Source: Bugula neritina
Taxonomy: Eukaryota > Animalia > Bryozoa
Assembly (NCBI GenBank): GCA_964035545.1
Contig: OZ037765.1
Location: 33,231,504 to 33,295,503, forward strand
Direction: 5' to 3'
Length of the DNA stretch: 64,000 nt
Both the position numbers and the translations under genes were made by a program. The notes under the pieces were generated by a model. It saw only the letters and a program-made list of their open reading frames with translations, did not search any database and was not told the origin of the DNA. Positions 1 to 14,371 of this stretch are shown here, in pieces. Each line of letters opens with the position of its first letter. Positions within the stretch are counted from its first letter, which is position 1.

Positions 1-587
1 AAACAGAAAGCAACATTCAGTTGGCTTACAAAGACAGGAAATAATTTCAAATAATCCTCTGCATTAGATAACTGCATGCATTAGATAAGAATCTGAGAGA
101 TATTGATGAATAGAAACCCTCTCAACTCTCTTTAACAGCTCATGAATATGTCACGTGATATTAGACTGCGGGACTAAATAGCATGTCTTTATAGTATATA
201 AACTCTTTTGAAGGAAAAAAATTGACAAATTTCAACATAAAACTGTTGCCAATGGAAAGCAATTTTACAATTTATTAACAATATTTTGGCAATACAAGTA
301 TATACAGCACTTAAACCTTGAGAGTGTATTTAATTATATTACTTGGTAGAGAGAGCATGGGCGAGGGTTGAGGGAGAGAATGGTAGGGGTAGAAGAGGGG
401 GGTAGGTAGGGAAAGGATAGATGGGGCAGAGGATGGAGTTGGTCATCTGGATGCAGTTGAAAATAAACAGAAGTCATAATAAAACAGGATGTACAAGTTT
501 GCTTAACATAATATATGAAAATAAAAACTTTTAAAAGATACACAATTCCTGTTAGAATCAGTTACCTGTTGGCATCTCTGGTACATC

Positions 588-3500
588 TCACTCATTCTTC
601 TTTGATGGCGAGGAACCTCCCTGTAAATTAAAGAAGGAATTTTTATAGGTCAGATTAGAGTGAGGCAAGGCAATTAGTATTAAGTATGTCAACTTAATGT
701 ACTTATAAATAACATTTATATCTAAAAATATGGGGGGCTGAGTGAAAAACACAATGAATCAGAAAAACAAGTTGTGTCGCATGTAAAAAGCCAAGTTTAT
801 CGAAGTTGTAGCCACGTATGTATATCCTAGTGAATACCTTAGCCATGACACATAAATGAAGATGGAAGTGGCCAAATTTTCACCCGAAGTAATAGTCACT
901 TTATCTTTAAAATGTTAACCCCAAACTTGCCAACTCTTTTAAGCAGACTAAGAATGGACTTTGCCACACAGTGATTCCAAGAAACACGTTTATAAAGTTG
1001 ATGCATGCCTATATGTTCACTTAGGCAACAAACTTAAAATTTTTTTAGAAAACTGGAATATTTTCTGCATGTAGATAGTTGCTATGGCAACCATATAACA
1101 TATCAAACAGTTCCATACATCAAATGGAAGAATGATCAGTTAGTTAGCTTATAAAATAGCCAGTTTCTAAAACTTGCTAAAACTAATGAAAGGGGCACTC
1201 TACAGTGCCCCCTCTGTTGCTACTAACAAACCTGTATGGAGAGTAGTCTAGTCTTGAGCTGGTAGGCATCTCTAGCCATGGCAATCTGCACCCACTTAGG
1301 AGCGTTGGGAATCATGTATGACACTGACACTCTGATTACTATCAGCAGGTGCTACAAGTGGCAACAGGATAGCTATACATTACAGCATCTCAGTGGGATC
1401 CATATAACATATACTTCTTGCTACAAACTAACCGCTTCAGCTCATATTGTCTGCTCAATATATTCAACTTATACACAAAATTACCAACTTAAAGCTTGGA
1501 ACAAGAATAAACTAAAAACTTTCATTAAGTAGTAACCAGGGGAGGGGGTTCAACTACCTCCCAACTTTTCACGTAACACGTAACTCAATTACAGAAATGT
1601 TACTATTGTACCTGCAGGCTATGGTAAAAACGTATTGACAGTTTAAACTCTAATGCATAAAAGTCAAAATGTAATAATTAAATATTGATATTCCAGAAAA
1701 TAAAATCTATGTTGTTGGTAGAAAAGTGCCTTAATTGTTAAATAACTCATTTTAATGCAGTTCTGCCTTCATAAGACACGTAATATACTATTTATTAAAT
1801 ATTACGTGTAAAATGATGTTGGAGAAAAACATAAAATCAATTTCATGCAGTTTTTTGGCCGTTCAACTAAAAAAGTTATTAGGGTTCTTGGCAGCCACAC
1901 CAAAGATAAAGTCAGAAAATAACTAGAATATTATACTTTAGAGATGACAGCTGAATATATAAGAAATATAAATGACCAGATCTTCATTTTAATACGGACT
2001 GATTATAAGCAATAAATAACTGGTGTCAAAACTAAGGTAGCCTCAGTACCCATAAACCCCTACTTCATTGCAGACACCAGCCAAGTCAATTTAATTCCTC
2101 AAATTTCTGACCACAAAATAAATAATGAAAAATACTTCTGGCTCTTTCGGGTCATTTAAATACATTAGAATGATTAAATATTTCAAGTGGCTAAATCTAT
2201 GAGGAGAGAAGGCTGAGGAGAAATATGTTTAGTAAATAGTTCTGACGAAACAGTTTGAGTTTCTGTAAAGATAGCTAACTAAATGACAGAAAACTAGAAG
2301 AACAATGGCTATATTTATACAATCAGAAGCATCACTTAAAACAAAGATAATTTTCTAATTTGTCAGAGGTGAGAGATCAGAGACAACCTGATATGTAAAA
2401 CAATATATTATAAAGCATTAACGTTGTATAAAGTAAAACGTCCATAATAAAAAGTTATGAAGGCAATGAAGCTTCATTGGTATTCTCGGTATGAATTGCT
2501 TCTACTGATAGTCTACTCATTAACCTTAACTTCTTCTTTCAATGGTGACTTATTAATAATACATACAAAAGCTCAGAGTAAAATATTTAACATCTTTAAC
2601 AATATTTTTCTAAAATTCTAATCTAAAAATTCTAAAGTTTCAGCTCAAACAAATTTTATTTTCAAATACTATAATATTATTATACCTAAGTTCATTATAA
2701 CTCCGCTGTGACACTCACACAACTCGCTGTGACAATCACACAACTCGCTGTAACTCACACAACTTGCTGTAACACACACAACTCACTGTAACACACACAA
2801 CTCGCTGTAACACACACAACTCACTGTGACACACAACTCGCTGTAACACACACAATTTGCTGTAACTCACACAACTCACTGTAACACACACAACTCACTG
2901 TGGCACACAACTCACTGTAACACACACAACTCGCTGTAACACACACAACTCACTGTAACACACAACTCACTGTAACACACACAACTCGCTGTAACACACA
3001 CAACTCACTGTAACACACACGACTCGCTGTAACACACACAACTCGTGCTACTCTGGCCGTGGAACAAGCAGATGTAGAATCAAGGTATTATATTTAAGAG
3101 TTTTTGCTGTTTAAGAGATGCTAAGTTGTAACATTATGATACAAGTACAGCGTAGGACAATATCAGTAGATTAGCTAGTGTGTCTTCCTGTATTCATATC
3201 CTCACAATATACAGGACATCCTCAATAATATCTATTATATCTATTCCAGCATCTCTTATTATACAGGAAAGTGTCAAAAAATAAATAAATTGATGATTAT
3301 CAGTACCCAGTGCTACGGTATGTAATGTACTTTATTGTAGCAAGGTTAAATAGGTGACCCACAAACGTACCTCCAGACCAAAGAACAGAAGCAGTAGGTT
3401 GGCTTGGCTAAGGTTGGGTAGGAGGTTAGCTTTGTAAGCACAGAGACCAATGAGAGCGCTGTTGTTGATTATGGCCAGATAGCCCATCACATCAAACACT

Positions 3501-6500
3501 GTCTGCCAGGCACCTATTCCTATTAACATTCTAGAACATTCTATATCCCATTACAGACATTATATTACTTACATTGAGAAAAATAATTTTTAAAATGGCT
3601 AAAAATTTAAATCATTTACCAACATTATTGCATCCTAAAAAGCTCAAAAATGGTCAATATATAATTCATCTGACAGGGGAAATGACTAATAGGAGAAGTC
3701 TGCCATTCTGTATACCAGCAACGCCCACACAGTCACTTCACTGCTCCATGCTACACAGAAGGGGCTATGATGTGGTGGAGATGTGCCAATGACATAGATG
3801 GAGACACGTCATGCCACAAGCACTTGGCCAGATATGTCATGGGACACTTAGAAATGTCACAAAAAATGCTTGAAATGTTCTAAGAAAGCTGTCAGGGTTT
3901 TGAGTTCCGATTCACATACGGACAGACATACAGACATAAAATACTAAAAAACTTGTCTAAAATCCTGGGCAGAATATTTCACAATGCAAATGCTGTATCA
4001 ATTTGTTTTATAATAAACATCTAGAATAGTTTCATTAAATTTCTAATACATGGATGTGTTTTTCAGCAAGCAACTGCCTTATTCTCTATGTCCTAGGACA
4101 GAGAAAAGCTGGTATAGAATGGGCAGAAATTCAAAATAAAACACTTCATACACAAGTAATAAACTTTACTAGGATCACAAGCTATTAATTTGGGTTTAAA
4201 TCTTTTTAGCTCCAAGCAGAAGAGTATCTAGCCATCTGGTTGTTTAAATTTTTTCTTTGTACATTAAAACAATCTAATCAACAAATTTAGAACAAACTGA
4301 TGATAATTTACAACTTGAGGTAAGTTTTTATAGACAACAATCTGCTAATAAAGAGGTAAGTTATTTGAAGTAATTTAAAGTGACTTAAGTCACTTCAAGT
4401 CACTATAGTGGCCATACAACACTTGAGTCAGCGCTGCCATACTGTCATACTGACCTGCTGCCGGCTTTGAGAAAGGTCTCTGATGTATACGACACAGCTT
4501 GACAGCGTCAGTTCTCCACTCAATCACGTTGTTGACAATGGAGAGCAAGGCGGCTAGCGGTGAGACGCAGGAGAACAGTGTCACGTACCCGTACTGAATG
4601 AACAGCTCCAGGAAGTCATCAAATGTACCCTAGCAATAGTAGACCTAGATAGCTTTATCTATATAAACTAGCAACAGTAAACCTATGAAAGTTTTATCTA
4701 TATAAACTAGCAATAGTAAACCTAGGAGAGCTCTATATATATAAACTTTATTTAAAAATAGTGCATCTCAGAAACTGAAGCAAAGTGAGTCCGAGATACT
4801 AATTTGTTTAACAACATATGCAAAATACTAAAATAATTAGCAGTGCATTGAAAACTGGTATACTAAAAAGCATATCACATCTAGGCAATGGCAATTTATA
4901 AGCTTTGTTTCACATGAATGGTTAAATTACGTTACGTAAACCTACTAAAAGTCGTTATGAAGACTTACCACAGTTGCAAGGCACCAAATATTGGTTTTAT
5001 TACCCTTAAATATACATTTACATTACTTTCTTTCCTTTGATAAAAATCAAAAGTGAACAAATTATTATAAGAACCCATAATCTTCAAAAGAAGTAGCGAT
5101 TCTTTGCCTCATCCTCTTATTTATAGACATAAACCTTACCAAATGGCAGCTTGACATTAAAACAAACAAATTAAGCTACAAATGAAAACTTGTTATCCTA
5201 CAGGTAGTCCACAACTATGTGGCTTAACCACAACTTAAAGAGAACTTAGCTACAACCTAAGGAGAACTTAACTGCAACTCAAGAAAAACTTAACTGCAAC
5301 TCAAGGAGAACTTAACTACATAGAAGAACTTGAATGGGTTATTTTACTTAATTTAGTACACACTGGATATCTCCAGTTTTTAGCCATTTTTTTTGCAATT
5401 TAGCTGCTAATGAACATGGGTTTTTGCCCAAAACTAGTAAAATATCAATAAATACACCTGAATAATCAAGGTTCTTTTTAATTTTGCTTGATTTCCCATT
5501 TTTTTCCTATTTATTTAGCTAATTTGGATTGCGGACCGTTACGATCAAAAGTAGCTGAATAATAACAAAAAACATGGAAAATCACACAAAATTAAAAAGA
5601 ACCTTGATTAATTAGGTATATTTATTGATATTTTACTAGTTTTGGGCAAAAACCCATGTTCATTAGCAGCTAAATTGTAAAAAAATAGCTAAAAACTGGA
5701 GATTTACAATGTGTACTAAAATAAGTGAAATAACCCAAATACAAGCTAAAAAAACTTGGCTGCTACTTAACTGGGACTCAAATACAAAACTGAACTACAC
5801 AGAACTACAACAGAACTACAGGTAAAATGGAATTGCTAACTTCATAAGGATCTTTCTTAGCCTCTTTATCAATCTGGTGCTGAAGTCTCTCATCTGTATT
5901 CATACCGTACTTTCTCCACTTGTACATGAGATACGGTAAAACTGTCTCCTGGAGCTGATCCACAGCCTGTGTTACTATCAGCTCGGTTAGCACAGTCTGT
6001 AATGTAGATAATATACCACGTAATGTAGAATCACAGGCTAAACAGAGCACAGATATTCTTACAACTGTATAGAGAGTCCCAGAACATCACCAATTATTTC
6101 ACAACTTGGAAATTAGAGCTGAAATCAGTAAAATACAAAGAGAAAGGAGAAATCTGAGATTGGGCACGAGGTCAAAGGGTAAGCTTGCCATCAAAAACAA
6201 AATAAACAGATGTACTTATGTCAAACTACTCACAATAAACCTACCAGGGAAAACTAATTTACAGAGGGTCTATTTAAAGTTTAAAAAACTTGTCAAAGCA
6301 GTTGTCATTTGCGCCAAGCAATACAAATACTACCAATACTTGACTAGTAGATATCAAACAATGCTTTATAGTTTGCAAAACAAAACATTGTTTAAAGTTG
6401 CATACTTAATGAATCATATATATCAATACTTTGAGACTGAACATGACTTTCAGAAAAGTAGACAACTTCCAAAAGCCATTGCTAGCTGCTAGTTTGGCTC

Positions 6501-9500
6501 CTTATTGAGGGAATGTAAAGCAAGGATTATCATACATTTGAGTATTTTTCTTGAAATGTTGAAAAAATTTGACAAAAATGAATAAACCTAACCACTGACC
6601 TACTTTATGTTATGACAGTGTAAGTACTACCATACTGTAAGTTACAAGTAAGTACTACCATACTGTAAGTTCTAAGTAAGTACTACCATACTGTAAGTTA
6701 TAAGTACATGCACTTACCCTCCTCAGTAAGGCGATATCCTGGATATAGAAGGCCGTGTAGAACATCAGCATGAATGTGTTGATGAACCAGAACTACAAAC
6801 AGAGTTAAATGAGACACTACTCGGGGGGGGGGGGGAGACTATCGCATGGCTAAACAATACCACAAGTTACAATAAGACTTCTGCAAGTATATTAATTTAT
6901 TATCAATTCAACTTCTGCTTTTATAGATATATCAGTGGCTGAAATGAAAGTTCTTGTTTTATAAGTTAAAGAAAAGATGGAACTATAACCACATTCTAAG
7001 ATTCAACAGAATTTAAGCTGACTTGAATTAATTGTTACAAGATTTGAAAGGGTACCAGAATATTGGACACCACGGTAAACTGTATACAGGGGGGAGGATC
7101 TACTACACCACTGTGCATTGTATACAAGGGGGAGGAATGATCTACTACACCACTGTACATTGTATACAAGGGGGTTCTGCTACACCACTGTACATTGTAT
7201 ACAAGAGGGGGGAGATTCTACTACACCACTGTACATTGTATACAAGAGGGGGGAGATTCTACTACACCACTGTACATTGTACACAAGAGGGGGAGATTCT
7301 ACTACACCACTGTACACTGTATACAAGGGGGGAGCGTCTACTACACCACTGTAAACGAGGACTAGCTAAGTAAAACATACCAGCACTAGTTTGACTGTGA
7401 GGTGGTTATCAAACGAGGACTGTAGTCTATGATTCTCTATAATATATAAATGGCGTTAAATGTCACGTGACTATACAGCATTTATTTTAATTTCAAATTT
7501 TTTTGTATAACGCTGTAGTTTTTATATCAGACATTTGCCATTCAGTTAAATATATATATAATGTAATTCAGTTTGATATAGAGTATAGACAAACTCGACA
7601 TGTTGTACTACATTATAAGAATTAATATTAAATACAGCATAAATAATTTATTATAATTGTAAGTGATCATCACAATCTAATGATAAACTAACTTGGCTTT
7701 CACTACCTAAGAGTTAAACATTAAACATACTGCATCTCAAAAAGAAAATGACAAGAGTTACAGTCTATTCACGCAGTTACAAGAAGTTAGACTGCTCACC
7801 CCACTCATTGAGTTGAATAGCAAGGGGTTTATACAGCTGATTCATAGCTATGATGGCCACACTGTATACAATAGTAGGAACATTGGCTACAGCCTCCTGG
7901 AAGTATCCCGGCTCCTCGAAACTGTTGTACCAGGCCATTGTGTAGTCCTCAAACTGGAAGTACGCAACCATGGCAACCACGCCAACTACATAAACAAACA
8001 TTCACTACAACCAAACATGTACCTACAGCTTACAATTTGTAGATATCATATATCCGATCAATCAGAGTACGCCTTACTGACATACACCGCAATCAACCAA
8101 TCAAGGTACACCTACCTAACAAACACAATATGACTATAGGCAGGGATACAAAGTACAATCTAGCCCGTCTTTTCCACTTCGGGTAGTCTGGCTCTATTTT
8201 ATCTGTGATGGGGTTCTTATGCAGCTCCCCGAAAAATGCCTGCCTAGGTTCTTCTACAAAGTATAGAAGCCACAGGCTAAGCAGTTGATGAATTCACAGT
8301 AAGTTAATTTCGGTAGTGAGGGGGTTTGAAGTTAGTTTCTTCTATAGAAATCTTCTGTATTACAAGCTATACACTTAACTATATAGTGTATAATATTTAT
8401 CACACTATAGTGCATAATACAATATTATTTTTTATTAAAGAATATTGTTTATAGCATAATATATTATATCATGGTTTATATATAATACACATAATACAAT
8501 ATACATTTACTTCTAAGACTTTCAAGATATTTAAAAACATATTTAATTGAAAGAAACTAAATTTGTAATAAGTTCATAAGCACTGAATAAAGTTAAAACA
8601 AACTTTGCTGATGACAGAAATGTCACCATGTTGAAGCTCAGAGTTCATCAAGTTTCAAAATTGCTATTTTTACAAAAATGTGGCCATAAACTGTCAATCA
8701 TTATACGAGTGCTTGTTTGGAAATTATTCAGTTTACTTCTGGTTTCAAAATTAGAATATAAAGGGAAATATAAAAGATAAAAAGACGTATGGCTAATGAA
8801 GTTATGATGCACAGATTGGAATAAGTACAAGACACTGTGACATGGTGGAGATAACTTCTATACCCAGTATTCTAATGTCGGTGGAGCCCCAGGAGTAGGC
8901 CAGCCCATTAGCCCTCCTCTCCCAACTCTTTAGGAAGGCTGTAGACCATATGAGGTTGAATATAGCTAGAGTTATTAGAGAACTAAAGCTAGTTTTATGG
9001 AACTCAAAGACGTAGAAAACAACTCCAACGGAGGCAGGAATTATCAGTGCCCACGTGTAGTAATTGAGAAAGGCAAAGTAGATGGCAATTGTCTCCCCGA
9101 AATAGTCATGAATCTTTTCTGTAAAATAAAATAGTCAGCTTGTTGGAATAGGATGCATGTTGAAATTTATTTGATATATTTTAGACTGTGGGTTACACTG
9201 TTTATAATACAATTCTCAATGTTACATAATAGGACTAAATAGAGACCAGTCTGAGACTAAAGGTCAATACTATGTAAATATATACAATGGCAGAGCTATG
9301 AAACTTTGAATAAAATTTAATTTAATTTCTCCTAAAACAAAAACTAGGGTATTTTCTACTCAAACATATTAATAAGCCATTCAGATCTGGTCAACATAAC
9401 AAAAAATTATGGTGCAAACGAAATCACAGATATAATATAATATAAACTAACAGATATAATATAATATAAACTCACGTAGCGGTTGGTCTAAGGTCAAGGA

Positions 9501-11532
9501 TCTTCGTTTATACCAGAGAGATTCGAGAGAGGCTAAGCTGTCGTCATGCAAAGGGAAGACCTGACTAATTAGTCCCCGACGTTCACATTCTTTCACTTTA
9601 AACAGCAAGTACAAACGCTATTTACTGTCTTCACATTGATAACTTAACTATAACTACAGCAACTAAAAATATAATGGTTACAGTTACTATAACTATAGCA
9701 TGACTACATCTTAAATATAATTATATCTATAACAACTGTAACTACATCAACTATAATGGTCACCAGATAAGAGAAACTACAACTATAATTATAGCAACTG
9801 TAAATAAAACTATAACTAAAACTACAATGATTACAATAACTATAACTAAAAGTGGAAATATAGCAATCAACCAATGCCAAAAGTTGACCCTGGTTATGCA
9901 AACAACTAGTGTATACTATATAATACAGCTAGTGTATACTATAATACAACTATTATATATTTTAATACAACTAGTGTATACTATAATACAACTAGTGTAT
10001 ACTATAATACAACTAGTGTATACTATAATACAACTAGTGTATACTATACTATAAGACAACTATCAGAAGGATTGCAATAAATTTCAACTCACGGAGAGAA
10101 GTTTCTTTGGCCAGAGTAACGTTGGCAACACCTGGCAGGGCAAACTCATCAGACAAGACTTTAACTGATAGTAACTCATGCAGTATCAGCCACTGCCTCT
10201 CCGCCACAGTGAAGAAATGGTCAAGGTCATCTGTAACACAGTAAACAAATGCATTGTGGGTAATACAAATATCAGAAAGCTTTCAAGCTGTAACCATTTT
10301 GTGTGATTAATCTTTAGCATGTGAATTGAGTTTATTTTCAATGCAGAACACAAAAAGTGAAGATATTACATAAAATAATTTTATTATATTGCATCTCAGC
10401 TCTACACTATAGTAATTTGTTTGGCATAAACAATTACAGTATTTCAGAAAATTTTTATGTAAAAGACAGAAATTAAAAATAGAAAGTAAAAAGGCAGCCG
10501 AAGAGCTAATCTAAGTCTACATATGAGTAACAGACTGAGTAAATATGACAATCAGGTGATCAACACACCATGATGTTCAAACAGTTCCAGTTTATCTTTC
10601 CTAAACACTTGCAAAGTTCCGTCACAGCACCGTTTCCTCATGTCCACATAATCAGCTACTTCTAAGAGACGCTCACTAGTGGCACTCACATACATGAAGC
10701 ACTGCAACAGCCCACAGGCTAAATTAGCATATAACTAGTACACTAAGTAACTACTCAGTAACATGCTAATAACTTTAGTAGAAATCAATGGATTTAAAAC
10801 ACAACTATTCAACAATCTCATCCCCAGAGAGTCTCTCTCAAGTGAATTACTTGACAACCATTATAGGTTTTGAAAATAAAGTCGTATTAAAATAATATTA
10901 TTAAACAACTGTAGCATAGTAGTGTGTAACAGAGAAATACATCCTACATTATGGTAAGGTAATGCATGAATTATGTTAAAAAAGAACTGGAAATTGGGAG
11001 GATGCACTAAATTTTAGCCATCAATTGAAATAATAATGTATAGTACTAGAGAAGTCAGCCCTAGGTCAAAGTTCAAATCCCGGCAAAGCCATTGGTGACG
11101 CCATGAACAGAATCAGATTATAATTGCTCTTGTGCTCTATACAGTTAAAACCCACCGTCTGTAGATTTTCACAGATGGAGAGTTTAAACTAGATCAAAAA
11201 TGAGTTAAAACATGAATAATGTTGGGTCCATAACGATATTGAATGTGCTAAAGAATACAGTAACAAACTACCTGCGGTTGACTATTTGATAATTTCTCGT
11301 TGATACGCAAGCACTTCAGGGAGGCACCGCTAACATCTGGGACAGTCACTGTAGGGCCGTCAGCGCTGCCAATATGCTTATTTGAGCGTAAAATTCTAGT
11401 ACTATCAGGCACAGTATTGTATACAGTGTGCTTAGGCTGCTCGATGCAATGTTTGAGGCACTCGACCAGTTTAGGATCCACAGTGTCGGAGAACTGAATG
11501 ACACATATGGCTTGTTCCTCCACCCCACTCAT
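588..11532 (-). CDS. ANO10: Anoctamin-10 (TMEM16K)-like scramblase/channel, 14 coding exons
   Basis: Exons approx. 11272-11532, 10569-10701, 10093-10230, 9476-9595, 8864-9118, 8116-8253, 7800-7985, 7381-7436, 6718-6792, 5841-5996, 4455-4629, 3371-3519, 1232-1351, 588-620, with GT-AG boundaries. Motifs [78 protein letters not shown] match the ANO10 subfamily. An acceptor just 5' of the ATG suggests an upstream UTR exon. Confidence 0.93.
2702..3046. repeat. 17-19 bp minisatellite ACACACAACTC(A/G)CTGTA
   Basis: About 18 tandem copies in the ANO10 intron between exons 12 and 13. Confidence 0.95.
4630..4746 (-). repeat. Three 38-39 bp tandem copies, each ending in the ANO10 splice-acceptor sequence
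   Basis: CTAGCAA(T/C)AGTA starts at 4630, 4668 and 4707. On the minus strand each reads ACT(A/G)TTGCTAG, and the last is the real acceptor. Confidence 0.85.
5335..5737. mobile_element. Approx. 400 bp foldback/MITE-like inverted repeat
   Basis: Left arm TGGGTTATTTTACTTAATTTAGTACAC...CAAGGTTCTTTTTAATTTTG is the near-perfect reverse complement of the right arm ending GTGTACTAAAATAAGTGAAATAACCCA. Arms are approx. 190 bp. No clear TSD. Confidence 0.85.
7072..7352. repeat. Approx. 40 bp minisatellite (CTACTACACCACTGTACATTGTATACAAGAGGGGGGAGATT), approx. 7 copies
   Basis: Direct tandem copies about 30 bp into the intron from the ANO10 exon 8 donor. Explains ORFs 7032-7373 and 7118-7354. Confidence 0.95.
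9903..10052. repeat. 21 bp minisatellite CAACTAGTGTATACTATAATA
   Basis: Approx. 7 copies about 40 bp from the ANO10 exon 3 donor. Explains ORF 9827-10054. Confidence 0.9.
11040..11150 (+). mobile_element. Degenerate copy of the tRNA-like SINE
   Basis: GTTCAAATCC B-box followed by AAAGCCATTGGTGACG...ATAATTGCTC, similar to 45020-45070. Confidence 0.5.
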
Positions 11533-12274
11533 TCCTACAGGGTTCAGTGAGAGTTGTTAGCTGGGTATTACCCTCTGCATAAGTAATTTATAAAACTTTT
11601 AGAAACAGTTGAATGTTGGAGGATGTGAGAAAAGTTGAAAGAGCCTTTAATGTGCATCACCTTGGTTCAGAGTTAACAGAGCAACTATCTAAATTTCGCA
11701 GCGCCAAAAATGTAATTGTATGTTATTGCTCTCTTTAGAAACTGTTTCAGGTGCAAATATATTATAATTATTCTTATTATTATATCATTATCTCGAATTT
11801 CACTTACGCACTGCTATAAATTATGACTAAAGTAAGTTTACAGCAGCTCACTGATACACATTTCTTGTAGTCTAAGATTAAGTATAGGATAGTAAGTAGT
11901 GCAGTATGAGTATAAGTATAGTATAATGCAGTAATACAAACAATATAGTGTTAGTATAACACTATAATTATAACTTATAAGTATAAGTGACCAACTTAAG
12001 TAAGGATAACTATAAGATTAAGTGTACAACTATTAGACTTAGTATTACTATTAAGTATTAAGTATAAGTATACTGTATAGTATAACCATAACTCCATAAG
12101 TTAGAAGTATAGTATAACTATATATTATTATTAATATTATTAACATAAAAACAATATTTATATTATTATAATTATTAAATTTATATACTTATACTTATAG
12201 TTATAGTATAAAATTAAATTAAATACTAAAATAGTACTAGCAGCATTATGATTATAAAATTAAATATATATAAT

Positions 12275-13258
12275 CTGTCGATACCTGTCGATGTTATTTC
12301 CACACTGGACCTCCCTAGAGGGAAGAAGGGGTGTGCCTCATATAAAAAACTAAGTTGTCAGTACTTGGACAGTAATCTAAAAAGTGTTAACATTCTTGTG
12401 CAGATTAACTTAACAGGCTAACTAGCCTGTCTGTGTGTGATCAGTGCTGATCCTCATATCTCTTATTGTTCTTGGGAGAAAACTATAAAGATACCCATTC
12501 CTGTTCGCTCTCACTGATCTGGGAAATCCTGCAACCTGAGACCGAGTCTGTACAGTGCTTGTGGTCCGCTGATCTAGAAAATGATCATAGGCAGCACTCA
12601 GAGTTGGATGTAGTTCTTCCTTAGACAATATTTTTAGGAGAAGGCTGATGCGTCGGTTTTTCCTCCTTAGATCAAGCGGCTCCAAACACAGCTTTTTCAT
12701 CTCTTTCCCAATATCAGTTCTTCCTTTGCTGTTAGAGATAAAACGCACAGCACATGTTTGAACATTCTCCATTATATTTATATGATTTTTGCTAGATGGG
12801 TCCCAGGCTGCACTGGCATATTCCAAGTGTGGGAGACAGAGGGCTTTGTAGGCAATAAGCTTTGCTCTCCTGAGGGCCCAGTAGAGTGAACGTTTTATCA
12901 TACTTAATTGCCGTTTTGCAACAAGAACCTTTTTTAGGATGTGTTGGTCAAATTTACAGTCTGACTGCAGTGTTACACCAAGGTATTTGGTTGAGTCAAC
13001 ATGATCCAACACTGATCCACTGAGCTTGTATCGGGGAGTGTCGGTTTTAGGGTTAAAGCTGATTATCTTGCTCTTGGAGATGTTAAATGACATTTCCCAC
13101 TTATTCGCCCAAGTACTAAGAGCGTCCAGGTTGCGCTGAAATCTCTTACAGTCTTCAGATGAGGAAATTTCTTGGTAAACAAGTGTGTCATCGGCAAAAA
13201 GAGCACAAGAGCAGTTGAGACACTCAGGAAGATCATTTATAAAAACTAAAAAAAGTAC
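12275..13258 (-). mobile_element. 5'-truncated non-LTR retrotransposon (C-terminal reverse transcriptase plus 3' UTR; CR1/L2-group-like)
   Basis: The frame extends upstream of the listed ORF: LFLVFINDLPECLNCSCALFADDTLVY...WANKWEMSFNISKSK...KYLGVTL...PHLEYASAAWDP...YSFLPRTIRD. The 3' end has short ATCGACAG repeats. Confidence 0.92.
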
Positions 13259-14371
13259 TAAAACTAAAAGTAATAGCAGTATTTATATATTATTATAATT
13301 ATAAAGTTAAATATATTATTATTTATTATCTAATCAGTAAATGTAATCACTAATCAGTAATCATAATTTATTAATTATTAATTTAATAATCATTATCAAA
13401 CTCATTATCAATATGAATATTAATTTTATTATTATAATTTTATAATTATTACTACTTACAGTTATACTTACTCTTACAGTTTAACTTTAAGTTATCAGAT
13501 TTAAAATTATTATTAATAATAATTATTATAATTATTATTAATTGTTAGTGTTACTAGTTAAGTAGTTAGTGATTAGTTGGCATTGCGACGAAAACGTGCA
13601 CTTTCTTTTTCGGCATCAGGAAATGGTATCGTAGCCATGATCCCAAACATTTTGCTACTTTTTACGATTAATGAGTATAATTGTTTATAGCAAAACATCG
13701 AACTAATTCACATTTTTTTCTCGAGATAATAATTTCTGGCTATATGCAACCGCCCAATAGCAAGCTGCATGAACACGACGATCATTTGATTCAAAAATAA
13801 AATTATAGGCAACCAAATCAAGATTAATACAGTTTAAGTTGATAGAACTACGGTTGGTGTAAATAATTAGCAATTCCTGTAAGTGCATAACTTAATTACC
13901 TGTTATTGTGCGAGTTGATGCAGTTATACTAATAGTAATAGTGAGTAAGAGTAAGTTATTATATTTATTAGTACTATCAGATTCAGTATCACTCTATCAG
14001 TATGAGTATCACATTCACTTTCGTCTTTCAGTTTCACTGTAATTCAAACTGTAAGTGTATCAGTATGAGTATCAGTATAAACTATAAGTTGTAGTATTGT
14101 CTTAGTATAAGCATTAGTATTAAGTATTACTATTAGTATTAGGATCATCATCGTGAAGTGTAACGCTCACAGTGACAAGGATGTTTATGTTGATGTTGAT
14201 CATGATGATGGTTTCATCATGTTTTAATTCATCAATTGAATTGTCATATTCAATTCATTCCTTCATTGTGGTTGACTTGTTCAGTTTGTGATCGTAAATC
14301 ACATCAGTTTTTGGCTAATTTTCTTCTTCATACACTTAGCAGTGACTTCTGTTTTAGTCTAGACTAGAAGA

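Noticed and set aside
540-570. 3' UTR intron donor (CAG/GTAACT) after the ANO10 stop
   Set aside because: Motif only, with no way to confirm a partner acceptor without transcripts.
730-2065. Possible DNA transposon relics (GGGGCACT..AGTGCCCC hairpin; GGGGGTTCAACTACC)
   Set aside because: No matching terminal pair or TSD could be established by eye.
2702-3046. Minisatellite as a splice-site-seeded array
   Set aside because: The minus-strand unit contains CAG and GTGAGT, but it lies about 325 bp from the nearest mapped junction, so it is not counted as support for the pattern.
6106-6492. 128 aa plus-strand ORF
   Set aside because: Non-ATG start, no recognisable motif, and antisense within an ANO10 intron.
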